A DNA stretch of 64,000 bases. It comes from Mobula birostris. Taxonomy: Eukaryota. The notes under the pieces are model-generated. The model ran no database searches, was not told the DNA's origin, and worked only from the letters and a program-made list of their open reading frames with translations. The stretch lies in contig NC_092397.1 in NCBI RefSeq assembly GCF_030028105.1, positions 32,703,097 to 32,767,096 on the forward strand, given 5' to 3'. A program made the translations under genes and the position numbers. How positions within the stretch are numbered: position 1 is the stretch's first letter; every line of letters starts with the position of its first letter. This document shows, in pieces, positions 63,875-64,000 of this stretch.

Positions 63875-64000
63875 ATGTCTGGACGTGGAAAAAGCGGCGC
63901 CGGCAAAGTTCGGTCCAAGGCCAAATCTCGCTCATCTCGGGCTGGACTGCAGTTCCCGGTCGGCCGGGTTCATCGACTCCTAAGAAAGGGCAACTATGCT
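63875..64000 (+). CDS. H2A: Histone H2A, 5' part (runs off the window)
   Basis: [42 protein letters not shown]; not in the ORF track. Confidence 0.97.
   Translation, partial: MSGRGKSGAGKVRSKAKSRSSRAGLQFPVGRVHRLLRKGNYA

Overview
Eukaryotic, repeat-rich vertebrate DNA. The CR1, Rex/Babar and Penelope repeat content suggests a cartilaginous fish, probably a ray (inference). Left half (about 1.7-32.4 kb): a degenerating tRNA-gene array with at least three partial tandem units. Each full unit is itself an old inverted duplication of an iMet-Asn-Gly/Asp cassette, and the two arms have lost complementary genes. The tRNA-Gly has a Gly-TCC-type body but a CCC anticodon. A decayed endogenous-retrovirus env sits at the start of units 1 and 2. 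Middle (33-50 kb): a CpG-rich Pol II promoter with a putative first exon, then nested LINE debris and a Tc1 transposon. Right (50-64 kb): a replication-dependent histone cluster on the + strand (H4, H2B, H2B, and an H2A cut by the window end), two orphan histone promoters whose genes are missing, and a C2H2 zinc-finger pseudogene. About 17 short Penelope-derived elements carrying a minimal hammerhead-ribozyme motif are scattered throughout, as monomers and inverted dimers, several with target-site duplications (TSDs). All alignments were made by eye, so repeat boundaries are approximate.
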